Part shown: positions 11,096 through 25,333 of the stretch, piece by piece
Position numbering within the stretch: position 1 is the stretch's first letter
Layout: each line of letters opens with the position of its first letter
Source of the DNA: Mustelus asterias
Taxonomy: Eukaryota
Direction: 5' to 3'
NCBI RefSeq assembly: GCF_964213995.1
Contig: NC_135809.1
Location: 9,672,001-9,736,000 of the forward strand
Length of the DNA stretch: 64,000 nt
Position numbers and translations under genes: made by a program
The notes under the pieces: model-generated
Seen by the model: only the letters and a program-made list of their open reading frames with translations
Databases searched by the model: none
Told to the model about the DNA's origin: nothing

Positions 11096-11504
11096 GTAAG
11101 TTGCTTTGAAAAGCTTCACCCCGCTGTTTTGTACTCGAGTTGATTCTGAGACATTTGCCCTAATGATGCTCTTGACTTTCTAAATCTGGCACTTTTGCTG
11201 TACCAAAGCATTTAGAAGTGTTGAATGTTCAACATTCAGTAACTGGCTGCATAATCTATTACAATCTATTATGGATGCAAGGGAAAGACTGATCCACAAA
11301 TACTGTTGGTGATGCCAACCATTGGCTTGTGCCCATTATTTCATGGTAATTGTATGTGGTGTTCTCATAAAACATGATTGATTGTGTTAGAACCACTGAT
11401 TACTGCCATTTGAAGTTCTCAGTTAGGTAGCAAGGTAAAGATCACAAATACCAGTGTATATATATTTGGCTGCAGGATGTTAATTTGATGTTTATTGTTA
11501 TCAG

Positions 11505-11621
11505 ATATTTCTGCGTGAACTGATTTCTAATGCTTCTGATGCTCTGGACAAGATCAGATTGATATCTCTAACAAATGATACCGCACTACATGCTACAGAA
11601 GAGATGACCATTAAGATCAAG
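11505..11621 (+). CDS. HSP90B1: endoplasmin exon 4
   Basis: [18 protein letters not shown], the Hsp90 signature; AG/GT. Confidence 0.96.
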
Positions 11622-12110
11622 GTTTGTTTTCATTCATTTGTCTTTGAAATGTAGTAAAATGCTGCTAGACTAACTGATCACTATTCAGGACTTGGTCAGG
11701 CATTAGACACCATACACAATACAGATTGGCAGGGGTGCTAGCTGAGATATCATGATGCCTGTCATAACATTTGGTGAGTTTGAGTCAGTTCAGGATTTGG
11801 TTCTTTGTTCTACCACTTTTGTGGATGAATACCTGCAAACACACACTCCAATTGTAGAATTGGTTATGTGTGCTGAAACTGCTGTTAACTTGACAAAGTT
11901 ATCTTCCTACCCCTAATATAGTTCACACCTGCCTACGAAGTCTAAATTTGTTCTAATAGCGACTACATTTAATTTAGATATTGTGCACATTGTGGTTTGT
12001 GTGATATTTCAATATGATGGAACAAATCTGGATTATCTGTTTATACAAATGAGAATACAATAATAGTTTGGTGATGGAATGTTTATGCTTGATTTTGTTT
12101 TTTCCCTCAG

Positions 12111-12442
12111 GCTGACAAAGAGAAGAACATGCTACATGTCACTGATACAGGCATTGGCATGACTAAGGATGAACTGATCAAAAATCTTGGCACAATTGCA
12201 AAATCTGGAACAAGTGAATTCTTAAATAAACTGACAGAAATGCAAAGTGATGACCAGTCTTCCTCTGAGCTAATTGGTCAGTTTGGTGTTGGATTCTACT
12301 CTGCTTTCTTGGTAGCAGATAAGGTCATTGTAACATCTAAGCACAACAATGGCACACAGCACATCTGGGAATCTGACTCCAATGAATTTTCAATAATAGA
12401 GGATCCACGAGGAAATACACTAGGACGTGGCACTACTATCAC
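12111..12442 (+). CDS. HSP90B1: endoplasmin exon 5
   Basis: DTGIGMT...[10 protein letters not shown]...[10 protein letters not shown] (GHKL ATPase); AG/GT. Confidence 0.97.
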
Positions 12443-12670
12443 GTAAGTTAAACCTTGCGCGTTCAAATAGTCTGGGCTTAGAACAGTGTTCCTTGATCTA
12501 AGTGGGAGGGGAACATTTGGCTGGTTGGCAGTATTTGTAAAGAGCTTGCAGCTGTTGGCTAACAATCATTAAAATGTGTTGGGGTAATTAATGCTATAAA
12601 GGGGTCAATACTGATTTACAAAATCAAATGTTTGGAATAGTCTAAATTTTCTATGTTCTGTTTACTTTAG

Positions 12671-12782
12671 GTTAGTCTTGAAGGAAGAGGCATCTGACTA
12701 CCTTGAACTGGACACCATCAAAAATCTAATCAAGAAATACTCCCAATTCATTAACTTTCCCATCTATATCTGGAGTAGTAAG
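12671..12782 (+). CDS. HSP90B1: endoplasmin exon 6
   Basis: [12 protein letters not shown]...[15 protein letters not shown]; AG/GT. Confidence 0.95.
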
Positions 12783-12859
12783 GTCAGTGAAATATATAAA
12801 CTTGAACAGTTGAGTGAACTCAACTAATTTCTAAATATAATAAAAGCTTCTCTTAATAG

Positions 12860-12973
12860 ACAGAAACTGTAGAAGAACCAATGGATGAGGAGGAAGCTAA
12901 GGAAAAGGAGGAAACTGATGATGAGGCTGCAGTTGAAGAGGAAGATGAAGAAAAGAAGGCCAAAACTAAGAAG
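12860..12973 (+). CDS. HSP90B1: endoplasmin exon 7 (charged linker)
   Basis: TETVEEPMDEEEAKE...KAKTKK; AG/GT. Confidence 0.93.
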
Positions 12974-13562
12974 GTATGAACATTTTCTGTTAGATAACTG
13001 GTTAGGAAGCTGGAGACATGTCTCCCAGCAATTTGGACTTGGGACTTCAGTATAAGATGACTTGGAAATAAAACTAAATATCCAAGTGTACTAATTAGGT
13101 GGCATTGTAAATAGGAATAATTACTATATTTTCTAATGCTAGAAACCAGAGATTTCGTGGAGTGCTTTTTGTGGGTCCAAGTGCAGAAATCACTAAAGTC
13201 TAGTAGACTGGTACAAAGACATCACCTTTTCAGGAGGGATGTTTAAAAATTTTCATCCACTGCTATTTCATCTAATAGGATATGCCAGAGAAAATGGACC
13301 TAATCTTAGAACTAGATTTTTCAGGAATGCCAAAGCACTGTTCCCCACAGTCGGCCTGATTTATCTCCCAAAAGCTGAGGCTGGATCAAATCTGTTTGAA
13401 AGCCAAGATTGTCATAAATTGTGCAACTGAGGACGTGTAGATGCAAAATCGTGACACAATTTGAGTGCCAGATCAGGTTTGGTGGGTGGGTGGGTGGGGG
13501 GGCTAACTATATAGGTGTGCTGTCTTGTTCCTGGGCTGATTTTTAATTCTCAATTCTTGCAG

Positions 13563-13679
13563 GTTGAGAAGACAGTTTGGGATTGGGAGCTGATGAATGA
13601 CATTAAACCAATCTGGCAGAGACCAACCAAAGAAATAGAAGAAGAAGAATACACTGCTTTCTACAAGACCTTCTCAAAG
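13563..13679 (+). CDS. HSP90B1: endoplasmin exon 8
   Basis: [20 protein letters not shown]...FYKTFSK. Confidence 0.96.
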
Positions 13680-13847
13680 GTTTTAAAAAAATTAGTCTTT
13701 AAGATTGTCTGTTCCCAACTTTTGTAGCCTGTTAGTGACTGTTCTGGAATGAGTGAGCCATAATGAATGCTGTACTAACATTTATGCTGGTGCATGACTG
13801 TAATGTAGTTTCCCTTGTGTATTTACAAAGACTTTTCTCTTTTCCAG

Positions 13848-13985
13848 GATTCTGATGAACCAATAGCACACATCCACTTCACTGCTGAAGGGGAAGTCAC
13901 ATTCAAGTCCATCCTGTTTGTGCCTAAAACTGCACCCCGTGGTTTATTTGATGAATATGGATCAAAGAAATCTGACTTTATTAAG
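13848..13985 (+). CDS. HSP90B1: endoplasmin exon 9
   Basis: [19 protein letters not shown]...KSDFIK. Confidence 0.96.
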
Positions 13986-14408
13986 GTATACTAAGGTTTT
14001 TTAAAAATCATTAGAAATATTGCCTTCAAGTGCTTAACGTAGCAACTTTAACTATGCCAGAATTACTACTAGAACTAGATACTTATTGCCCTAACTTGCA
14101 TCCACCCTTGTCAATGGGAAAGGAACATTTGCAGGTAGTTTCCTGCATGTTAACTAGAAACATTGGATCCAACTAACACCATGTCTGAGGAAAGTTTCAG
14201 TCCTGCTTTTGTGAACCACCAGTTTGTTCTTCCATAGGGGTTGATTCAAATTTCACTGCTATATAGCAAGAATAAAACCTTTCAGAATACAAAGATAGTT
14301 CCTTGCATGATTACCAGCTTATAAGCACATCTCTGTTCTGCTGTGAAATGCATTTCTAACTAATGAACTGGTAGACTTTAACGATTAATCTAAGCTTCTT
14401 TGTTGTAG

Positions 14409-14486
14409 TTGTTTGTTCGTAGAGTGTTCATCACAGATGATTTCCATGACATGATGCCAAAATATCTGAATTTCATCAAGGGTGTA
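14409..14486 (+). CDS. HSP90B1: endoplasmin exon 10
   Basis: [26 protein letters not shown]. Confidence 0.96.
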
Positions 14487-14651
14487 GTAAGTAATCATTT
14501 TTAAATTTGCATTTTACTGCATGCACATGGTGTCTCGCTCGCTTACAAAGGAAGTATGTAATGCCTGAACTTTGCAGGCAAAGTAATCACTGCCATTGCC
14601 CAAATATATGAAATAATTCAGAATCTTCATGTACAGCAAAATCAATTTTGA

Positions 14652-14867
<216 letters not shown>

Positions 14868-15091
14868 TGAATATCTTATGCCCTTAATTCTTAATGATTA
14901 GTAACATTTGAATGTCTTTCAGTATAACTGACTTTTGAGCTCTAGTCTGCCCTTGTGTGGCTTGATATTGACTCTTTCCCCCAGTGCTGAATAATTTGCA
15001 TATCTAGAGAAAATCCAACTTATAATAGTTCTGGTGTCGAAACTTGTTTGCTACATTGAATTTCTAATTTTCCTAATTATCCACCAAATAG

Positions 15092-15361
15092 GTCATTAGA
15101 AAGAAACTAGTACGCAAAACTCTGGACATGATCAAAAAGATTGCAGAAGAGAAGTACGAAGATTCATTCTGGAAGGAATTTGGGACCAACATCAAGTTGG
15201 GTGTAATTGAGGATCACTCCAATAGAACACGTTTGGCCAAATTGCTGCGCTTCCAGTCCTCTCACCATGAATCCAAGCAGACTAGTTTAGAGCAGTACTT
15301 GGAAAGAATGAAGGATAAGCAAGATAAAATCTACTTCATGGCTGGAGCAAACAGACAAGAG
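15092..15361 (+). CDS. HSP90B1: endoplasmin exon 12
   Basis: [13 protein letters not shown]...[29 protein letters not shown]. Confidence 0.97.
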
Positions 15362-15514
15362 GTGAGGTGGCAGATTGTGCTTGGATGATAAACTGTGGGG
15401 GACTCTTCCTTTTGCTAAGTGCATAATGCTACTATGCTGAACAAAATGGGGCGTGTTACTATGAGTTTTGGTTTGAAGTATGGCAAGTAATTAGATACTG
15501 TTTTTGTTTTACAG

Positions 15515-15760
15515 GCTGAATCTTCTCCCTTCGTTGAACGACTTCTGAAGAAAGGTTATGAAGTGTTGTATCTGACAGAGCCTGTAGATGAATATTGTAT
15601 CCAAGCTTTGCCTGAATTTGATGGAAAGCGGTTCCAGAATGTTGCTAAAGAAGGGCTGAAATTTGATGAAAGTGAAAAGGCTAAAGAAAAACATGAAGCA
15701 ATGGAGAAGGAATACGAGCCACTCTTAACCTGGCTAAAGGACAAAGCACTAAAAGATAAA
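15515..15760 (+). CDS. HSP90B1: endoplasmin exon 13
   Basis: [28 protein letters not shown]...ALKDK. Confidence 0.96.
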
Positions 15761-15789
15761 GTATGATTGGTACACAAAGAAATACATAG

Positions 15790-16675
15790 AAACTAGAAGC
15801 AGGAGTAGGCTATTTGGCCTACACCACTTATTTTGAGCATAGATGATTGCATTCAATACTTTAATCTTCCCACCGCCCCCCCCGGCCTGTATCCCTTGAG
15901 CCCCAAGAGCTATATCTAATTTCTGCTTCAACTACTTTGTGGTAGTGAATTCCACATATTTCACCACCCTCTGGGGAAGAAATTTCTTCCCTCAGTTCTT
16001 AAAGGTTTACCCCTTATCCTCAAACTATGATCCTTAGTTTTGGACTCCCCCCACCATTGGAACATTGTTTCTGAATCTACTCTACTCTGTTCACATTTTG
16101 TAAGAGATCCCTTCTCACTCTTGACTCCCAATGAATATAATCCTAACTGACTCCTTGTATGACAGATCTGCCATCCCACAAATCAGTCTGGGAAACCAAA
16201 ACTGCAATACTCCAGGTGTGGCCTCACCAGCACCCTATACAATTGCAGCAAAGTGTCCCATACTCAAATCCTTGTGCTATGAAGACCAACATACCATTTA
16301 CTGCCTGCTGTACCTGCACGCTTGCTTTCAGTGACTGATGCATGAGGACACCAATGTCTGAGTATCTACCCCTCAATTTACATGTTAACTTATTGCTACC
16401 AAAATGGATAACCTCATTTATCCACATTACTGCATATGCTCAAACACAGCCTGTCCAAATCACACTGAAGCATCTCTGCGTCCTCCTTGCAGCTCACCCT
16501 CCCACCCAACTTTATCTGCAAATCTGGAGATAATACATTCAGTTCCCCCTTCCAAATCATTAATATATAATGTGAACAGTTGGGGTCCTGGCAGATCCCT
16601 ATGGAACCCCACTAGTCAGACTGCCAATCAGAAAATGACCCATTTATTGCCAACTCTTTGCTTTCTATCCATGCA
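15790..16675 (-). mobile_element. CR1-type LINE 3' fragment in HSP90B1 intron 13
   Basis: Decayed RT C-terminal peptides (VQVQQAVNGMLVFIAQGFEY) and a CR1 tail. Confidence 0.75.
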
Positions 16676-17576
16676 GTAACATACTGTATTTCATTTGTTT
16701 GTTTGCAGTGTATAACAAACCTAACTTGCAGAACTTTTCTGTAGATGTACATGTCAGAAGGATGACTCAATGCATTCCTAAAGTCAACCTGAACTTGCTG
16801 CTTGTGTGTATAAGTATATGATTCTGGGGAAGGGAAGAAGAGCTTTTTCAAATTTCCAAAGAACACTATGCTAATAAGCAACAACTGAAGGCCTGATTTA
16901 ATAAATCAGGACAGCACCAAATGAGGATGCCTAGAAATTGGGAGCAGATGTAAGCCAACCCTCTTGAGCTTGCTGGCCTCAACTCCCATTCCCCACCTAT
17001 TCTAATAACTTAAACTGTCCACCTTATCAAGCCCCCTCGGGATCTTTAGTGGATTCAGGTCCAACTTTTTCTCAAAATGAACCTTCTCTGAACTGTTAAG
17101 GAGATGGAAACTACAACTGTAGCTGTGATCTCACTAGCACCTATACAAAATCCCTGCTTTTTGTTGCAAGGGGAATGGAATATACTTGACGACATTCTAT
17201 TTGCCTTCCTAATCATTATATCTAGATCCTCTACCTCTACAATCTCTAAATGTTTTACTTGGCAAAGAACAGAATAGGTTCACCTTTACCCACATACACT
17301 CATCTGAGATGTTTGCTCATCCCTTTGCAGACACTCTACCTCCTGACAACTAACTTTCCTATCTCTTTGTCAGTAAATTTAACTGTACCTTTGATCCTTC
17401 ATCCAAGTCATTGATAAATTGTGTATGGCTCGGGCCCAGCACTGATTCTGTGACACTCCTTTTGTCACATCTTGCCAACTTAAATGACCCACTTCTTGGT
17501 GTTGGTACGGATAGAGGATTGATGACTCAAAATTCAGCCTACACCATGAATGATTACTTTGCATAATAACTCTTGA

Positions 17577-17837
<261 letters not shown>

Positions 17838-18128
17838 TAAGTAAGAGTTTTAAAATGACGACATGCCTTTAACATGGTGAAGAATTGTACTTTGCCTTTA
17901 CAGTGCACATTTTTAATTTCCTCCCATTCTTGTTGCTAAATCAAAGGTTATGCTGTAACCTACAAACTGCAGAATGAGCACAACTGATAGCTTGTGGAAT
18001 ATAGTTCAGCAGCTAGCTGAAATGGGGCTGTGCTTCCAAATGCCAATGGAGTGTGTGTTGGTGCAAGAAGGAATGGCTTAGATTAGATTGGTGCATTCTA
18101 TTCTAATCAATCCTATAAATTCTTACAG

Positions 18129-18207
18129 TTACTATTCTGGTCAAAAGAAGACATTTGAAGTTAATCCAAGACATCCTTTGATTAAAGAGATATTGAAGCG
18201 AGTTAAG
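18129..18207 (+). CDS. HSP90B1: endoplasmin exon 15
   Basis: [26 protein letters not shown]. Confidence 0.95.
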
Positions 18208-18518
18208 GTAAGTTTTTTTTTTTAAAAAAACTGTTTCAGGGAGTTCCTCAATGAGGTTTTGTACTGTGGCTATTAAACTTATTCAATTGCTTCAATGAGA
18301 TGAGCAGATGTAAGAAATGCAAATATTAAACAGCTTTACCAATAGTGTACCATTAGTGAGCCATCTCAACATTTGTTGCAAATGTACAATTTAATTCCTG
18401 GGTTAGCACTAATTGTGGTGATGGGAAAGCTCCCCTTTGGGAAGGAAGTCTGATATTCTTGGCCAGTGTTTTACAAAGTCCTGAGCTGCAGGCTAATGTA
18501 AAGCTATTGTCTTTGTAG

Positions 18519-18674
18519 GAAAATGAGGATGATCAGACTGCTACAGACCTTGCTGTGGTATTGTTTGAGACTGCCACATTACGTTCAGGTTACCTGTTAC
18601 CAGACACAAAGGCATATGGTGATAGAATTGAAAGAATGCTTCGTCTAAGCATGAACGTAGACCTCGATGCACAG
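18519..18674 (+). CDS. HSP90B1: endoplasmin exon 16
   Basis: [16 protein letters not shown]...RIERMLRLS. Confidence 0.96.
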
Positions 18675-18823
18675 GTACATCATTGGATTTATGTACATGT
18701 TCTGTTTAAACCAGTTTAGATCAAAACCTCTAGAATTTGGGTTGTTTTGAAAAAATCTTTCATGTATTGTGAAAGTCCTGCTAATTTGAAGTGGACTAAT
18801 GAAACTAAATTGTACTTTTTTAG

Positions 18824-18916
18824 GTTGATGAATATGAAGAATTTGCAGAAGAAGAGGTTGAAGATGAGGCAAAAGATGTTGAGGAAGATGAAGAAACAGA
18901 AGAAAAACAAACTGAG
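18824..18916 (+). CDS. HSP90B1: endoplasmin exon 17 (acidic tail)
   Basis: VDEYEEFAEEEVEDE...EKQTE; AG/GT, frame consistent. Confidence 0.9.
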
Positions 18917-19013
18917 GTGGGTATTTAAATCCTGCACATATCCTATAATTCAAGAACCACATTCAGTAGATGGAGTCACAAATTTCTCTTTCTCTTTCCC
19001 CACCAACTTCCAG

Positions 19014-19043
19014 GAATCCACAGATATAAAGGATGAATTATAA
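19014..19043 (+). CDS. HSP90B1: endoplasmin exon 18, ends in the KDEL ER-retention signal
   Basis: ESTDIKDEL-stop. Confidence 0.96.
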   Translation, partial: ESTDIKDEL

Positions 19044-19266
19044 GGAATTGGGAGACTACCATTTGCATTGAATGAACGGGGAGGTGTAAAATACTGGGAC
19101 AAGAAACCATTGAACAGGATGTTGAACAAACAATTCACTTATCCCTATTAAAGGTCTGGGAGGGCAAAGGAGTTTTGTATGTTACTTGCATTCCTTAAAG
19201 TGAAATGACTGTAAATTTGTAATATTTAAAATGACTTTCTTGTGAAAAACTTGTCATGTAAACCAT

Positions 19267-19272
19267 AATAAA
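19267..19272 (+). terminator. HSP90B1 polyadenylation signal
   Basis: AATAAA ~225 nt after the stop, followed by a GT/T-rich tract. Confidence 0.75.
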
Positions 19273-20227
19273 CCTTTTCCACAAACTTGTTCAAGCTTGT
19301 CTTTGTATTTTGTATTAAACAGTTGGTGCATGAAATCTAATTTAGTTTGTGAGAAGATGCAAATTTACAGGGATGTTGCCAGGACTGGAATTACAGAAAT
19401 GAGATTGAATAGGCTTGGGTTGTTTGCCTTGGAACAGGAGGCTGAGAGGAGATGGAGTGGATGGGAGGGGCATAATGGTCAATGTAGGAGGCCTAAATTG
19501 GTGATATATCACAGGGTCTGGGATGCTGCCTGGAAGGCAGCTGAAGGCTATGGTGTCTGGAAACTGGGATAGTGGCATAGGCACTGTAATAGACATAGTG
19601 TTTGGCCTAATACATCCAGTAATGAATATAATTGCAGCCTTGCCACTCTTGGGAGTCTGCCTCTAAATCTAATCCTGTATGGCTTGTAATCACTTTGCGA
19701 GGGTGAGGATATTGTTCAGAATGTTCCTTTTCACTCGACTGTGTGCTGCCTTTTTGGGACAAACTGGACAAAGGCTCTATCACACCTGTTTTGTAAATCC
19801 CTTCCCTGAAGATCATCAAGTGTTCACTGCACTAGCTATCTAAAACTAGCTCTGGATGTTGCTAGAAGGGACCGCAACTCCTCCTCTGTTGTTTTTCTTG
19901 GCTGGCTAGATTAATTTTTTTAGAGTGTGACATGGGTGTCACTGGCTGGTAATTTATTGCCCATCTTCAAAATTAGTACACTTTTAACCTTTCCCTCTAG
20001 CATTCTAATCTTCAGAAGTAGATGTTAATTTTAACCTGATTTAACTAGAATCCTGCAAGTTGCCAGCTTCGCAGTTTCTTAAATTCTTTGGGAATGCACA
20101 AGTTGTAGGGTCAAAACCCACCCATTTGAGCCATCAAGGCACCCACAAAGCTTAATCATGGTGACAGCCAGAGTGTCAACTTATTGATCTAGCTGCTTTG
20201 CTGAGATGCTATTTCACAAGCTGAATA

Positions 20228-21605
20228 GTCATAGAACCATAGAAAATTACAGCTCAAACAGGCCTTTTAGCCCTCCTTGTCTGTGCTGAACCATTTTTTG
20301 CCTAGTCCCACATCCCTCCACACCCTGCTCATCCATGAACCTGTCCCAAGTTTTTCTTAAATGTTGTGACCCTGCATTTACCACTTTATCCGGTAGCTCA
20401 TTCCACACTCACACCACACTCTGCATGAAGAACCCCCCTCCTAATATTCCCTTTAAACTTTTCTCCTTTCACCCTTAACCCATGCCCTCTGGTTTTTTTC
20501 TCCCCTAGCCTCAGTGGAAAAAGCCTGCTTACATTCACTGTATCTATACCCATCAAAATCTTATATACCTCTTATCAAATTTCCCCTCATTCTACGCTCC
20601 AGGGAATAAAGTCCCAACCTATTCAATCTCTCTAAATCATCTTCTCAAGTCCCGGCAACATCCTTGTGAACCTTCTCTGCACTCAACCTTATTTACATCT
20701 TTCCTGTAACTAGGTGACCAAAACTGTACACAATACTCTAAATTCAGCCTCATCAATGCCTTGTATAACCTTACCATAACACTCCAACTTTTATACTCGA
20801 TACTCTGAATTATAAAGGCCAATGTACCAACGGCACTCTTTACAACCCTATCCACCTGTGACGTCACTTTTAGGGAATTCTGTACATGTATTCCCAGCTC
20901 CCTCTGTTCAGAGTCCTACCATTTACCCTGTATGTTCTTCTTTGGTTTGTCCTTCCAAAGTGCAATATCTCACACTTATCTGCGTTAAATTCCATTTGCC
21001 ATTTTTCTAGTTGGTCCAAATCCCTCTGCAAGCTTTGAAAACCTTTCTCACTGTCCACTACACCTCCAATCTTTGTATCATCAGCAAACTTGCTGATCCA
21101 ATTTATCACATTATCATCCAGATCATTGATATAGATGACAAACAACAATGGACCCAACACCGATCCCTGCAACACACCACTAGTCACAGGCCTCCACTCA
21201 GAGAAGCAATCCTCCACAACCACTCTCTGGCTTCTTCCGTTGAGCCAGTGTCTAATCCAATTTACTACTGCCCCATGTATACCTAGCGACTGAACCTAAC
21301 TAACCTCCCATGAGGGACCTTGTCAAAGGCCTTGCTGAAAGCCAGGTAGACAACATCCACCGCCTTCCCTTCATCCACTTTCCTGGTAACCTCCTCGGAA
21401 AAACTCTAATAGATTTGTCAAACATGACCTACCACGCACAAAGCCATGTTGACTCTCCCTAATAAGTCCCTGTCTATCCCTTATCACACCTTCCAATAAC
21501 TTGCCCACCACCGACGTCAAACTTACTGGCCTATAATTTCCCAGATTTCTTTTGGAACCTTTTTTGAACATGAGCCACCCTCCAATCATCCGGCACCTCC
21601 CCCGT
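20228..21605 (-). mobile_element. CR1/HER1-like LINE reverse transcriptase fragment
   Basis: NYRPVSLTSVVGKLLE, GVLQGSVLGPLLF, SKFADDTK; frameshifted; TTCTATG-type tail. Confidence 0.9.
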
Positions 21606-22413
21606 GAATACTGTCCTCCGAGGAATCGTGACAACTGATGTCCAGTAAGTGCTATAACCAAGCATGACTACAAATGGAACCAGTAGTGATTTAACATCTG
21701 AAATGAAGCAAGCTCACAAATTCACTTCCAATTTATTTGTAATATTTTGCACAATGACTTGCCTGACCAAAACAGATCTTTCCCAAGTTAGACATTTCAA
21801 TATGAAAATAATAACTTGAAGTTGGGTTGATTGGCTATGCTAAATTGCCCTTAGTGTCAGGGGGATTAGGGTAAATACAGGGATAGGGCCTGGGTGGGAT
21901 TGTTTGGTGCAGGCTCGATAGGCCAAATGACCTCCTGCAGGATTCTATGATTTAATGGACAAACCATTTTCTGGTTTGATTTGGGCATTTTCCTTCCATT
22001 GTACAGTGTTGCAAAGAAAAGTTTCTCATTGCAAAGTCAAATTAATCTTGAATAGACATAAACCCCATTTGCACTTGATAAGCCAGGCTTACATTAGAAG
22101 GTCAAAGCCAAACATGACTTGCAAAATGCTTTTACTTCTAACAGCAGGAACATTAAATTATTGTAAATGGGTATGTGCCAGTGGAAGAATTACCAGTTTA
22201 ATTAACCTGTTTTACCTCCGGAAATGGCTACATCACCAACATTAACTAAAGATCCCAGTAAAGACAAAGTAAATGTAGGGAAAAAGTCTACCGTTGAGAT
22301 TGTAGAACATAATGCCCATGTTTTTAAATATAGATCTGTCATCTATAAGCAAATTAAGTTAGATCATAGCTGACCCATATACTTTATGGAAAAATTGAAT
22401 CTTCTATTCCACT

Positions 22414-22509
22414 TCAATGTTTTTCAGAATTATGAGTCTGTGCTCTGTCTTTCAAACCCAGCAGTTCTGTTTTAAGCTCGCCTGGTTTAGGTGGAATTTC
22501 TGGTATACT
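22414..22509 (-). CDS. UQCC6: BRAWNIN/UQCC6 last coding exon
   Basis: TTTTAG|SIPEIPPKPGELKTELLGLKDRAQTHNSEKH-stop; candidate AATAAA (minus strand) at 21732-21737. Confidence 0.92.
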   Translation of the reverse strand, partial: SIPEIPPKPGELKTELLGLKDRAQTHNSEKH

Positions 22510-22734
22510 CTAAAAGAACAGAAAATTGGAATCATTACTTTTGTCAAACAGGAAAGTTCAAAATGAAGTTGATGGTTCTAATATAAATGATAAAGCATTT
22601 TCTATAACTTAACATAGTTAGTAAACATGCCTGCATTCAATCTTGCAGCCCACTGAATGGAGGGCTCATCACTGCTACAAGCTTTGAGGTCTTTTACAGT
22701 CCCTGCCCCTGAGCCAGTAGCTGAGATGTTTTGG

Positions 22735-23308
22735 CCTCAACTACATTCTGTGGTAGTGCATTCCATAGATTTACCACTCTCTGGGTGAAGAGGTTTCCCC
22801 TCAGTTTTAAAAGGTTTACCCTCTTATCCTCAAATTATGACCCCTAGTTCTGGACTGCCCCTACCATTGGGAACATTCTGAATCTACCTTGTCTAACCCT
22901 GTTAGAATTTTAAGGTTCTATGAGATCCCCTCTCACTCTTCTAAACTCCAGTGAATATAATCCTAACTGACTTAGTCTCTCTCCTCATGACAGACCTGCC
23001 ATCCCAGGAATCACCCTGGTAAACCTTCGCCATACTCCCTATCATAGCAAGGACATCCTCTGATAAGGACTCCAGGTGTGGCCTCACCAACACCCTATAC
23101 AATTGCAACAAAATATACCTGTACTCAAATCCTCTTGCTATGAAGGCCAACATACCATTTGCCTTCTTTACTGCTTGCTATACCAGTGCGCTTTCAGCAA
23201 CCGATGCACAAAGACTCAAAGGTCTCTGAGTATCTACCCCTCTCAATTTACACCTATTCAAGTAATAATCTGTCTTCCATTTATTACTACCAAAGTGGAT
23301 AACCTCAA
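22735..23308 (-). mobile_element. CR1-type LINE fragment
   Basis: MLAFIARGFEY...LYRVLVRPHLE; similar to the 15790-16675 copy. Confidence 0.8.
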
Positions 23309-23511
23309 ATTAATTGAAGGTCAAAGGAAGTGCGTTTGAGATCCAACAAATACCAATGGTAAGCAGGAGAGATTCCTGGTCAGCTATCTGGTGGCAAGAC
23401 ATTTGGAGTCTCCACCATTACCATCCATAGCTCCAGACAACATGCATGTGAAAGTGTATATTACCACAGCAACTCAGACTACCTTGAGGAAAGGAAGTGG
23501 GCACATTATCA

Positions 23512-23842
23512 GGGGCAGCACGGTGGTTAGCACAGCTGCCTCACAGCTCCAGGGACCTGGGTTCAATTCCCAGCTTGGGTCATAGTCTGTATGGAGTTTG
23601 CACATTCTCCCCGTGTCTGCGTGTGTTTCCTCCAGGTGTTCCGGTTTCCTCCCACAGTCCAAAGATGTGCAGGTTAGGTGCATTGGCTATGCTAAATTGC
23701 CCCTTAGTGAACTGGGATGGGTAGGTTAGAGGGAATAGCGGGGTAAATATGTGGAGTTATGGGGATAGGGCCTAGGTGGGATTGTTGACGGTGCAGACTC
23801 GATGGGCCAAATGGCCTCCTTCTGCATTGTAGGGATTCTATG
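23512..23842 (+). mobile_element. HE1-like V-SINE, full length, CR1-type tail (type 1)
   Basis: A/B boxes, core, tail ...GGCCTCCTTCTGCATTGTAGGGATTCTATGA. Confidence 0.9.
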
Positions 23843-24835
23843 AAAGCTTGAGTGTGATACAGACTGGAAATGCTAACATGCCAGACCTGCTGAGTTTTTC
23901 CAGCATTTTCTGTTTTTATTTCATTAATACAGGATTTTTATCAGGACCTCCCATCAAATCTGAGCAACAAGTCAAGAATGTGCTGGATTTTATTTTGCTC
24001 ATGCAACTGTTGTAACTCTAAAATGCAATATAAATACAAAGAGAGTCTAAGTCCTTCTGTAATCACTGCTTCAACCTATCTACGTATGTTCAACCTTAGG
24101 GTACTGTAATTTGTTAACTAAAATGTGTACTTCAGTCACAAGGAAAGTTGATAAAATTAAAGCTTTAACTTGATTCATACCTTGATGGTTTACATAAAAT
24201 GGTATTTGTATACAAAAGTTCACTCATTTTCTTGATAACTCTTAATACTACAAACATTGTTTCCAGTAAATCCTCAGCTTATTTTGTAAAACTGTTGGCC
24301 AAAAAAAAAACTTAGAAATTTCACTGTTTCCTTTATTTGGTTTATCGACCACATTGACATCTTCAGCTGTGTTTGGCAAGTCTTTATTAATTCAGAATTT
24401 GAACCAACCAACCACTGGTGTGAAAAAATTGTAGTTTTGAAAAAGATGTAACAACCAAAATGTAGGATGGATAAATAAAATACACTACACCTTTTAATAA
24501 AAATGATAAAGATTAAAATGTATAAAGAAACAAAATACATTAATACTAGCGTGCGAGATGTGGAAAGGCAGAGGTAGGAACATTTACAAGACGGGGAAAA
24601 AAGCATTACATCCGAATTTGTGCAGTGTCATTTTCCATTGATTTCCACATTAATGTGGAAAAAATATTTTAATTAGAATGGAGAGATGTGGCTCACGTGT
24701 CTTTATGCCACATTTCAGCTATGTGCTTAGAGAAAACAAACACTGATTAAAGTTCAATGCAATAATCAGCCCTTAATTTTCATATCCTGGTGGTAAAACG
24801 GCAGATGCCTGGAAAGTTCCCATGCAGGGTGTGCA

Positions 24836-25142
24836 GAATCATAGAATCCCTACCGTGCAGGAAACCGCCATTCGGCTCATCTAGCCTGCATCGACAACAA
24901 TCCCACCCGGGCTTTATCCCCGTAGCCCCACGTGTTTATTAATCCCACTGAAACTAAGGGTTAATTTAGCATGGCCAATCTAACCTGCACATCTTTGGAG
25001 TGTGAGGGGAAAATGGGAGCACTCGGAGGAAACCCATGCAGACACGAGGAGAACATGCAAACTCCACACAGTCACCCAAGGCTGAAATTGAACCCAGATC
25101 CCTAGCGCTGTGAGGCAGCAGTGCTAGCCACTGTGTCACCAT
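24836..25142 (-). mobile_element. HE1-like V-SINE, tail type 1
   Basis: Reverse complement of the same family. Confidence 0.88.
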
Positions 25143-25333
25143 CGCTCTTTTAAGTGACTTTGTAAAGCAGTGCAATCAAATCACCAATTCCAAAAGAGGG
25201 TGTGTTGGTAGTTTACAAAAGAGTCATATTACCATAAACCTGAAGTCATGTTGCCAATCTACCCTTTCCCAGCAAGGGGACATCAATGGTGAGGATTAGG
25301 GAGGTAACTAATTGTACAAGATTTCTCACTCAC

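Noticed and set aside
18747-19043. 98-aa ORF ending in KDEL as a separate protein
   Set aside because: It is read-through of intron and out-of-frame exon 17 into the true HSP90B1 last exon
23512-23580. tRNA genes at SINE heads (also ~54996)
   Set aside because: A/B boxes continue into SINE core and tail; no complete cloverleaf
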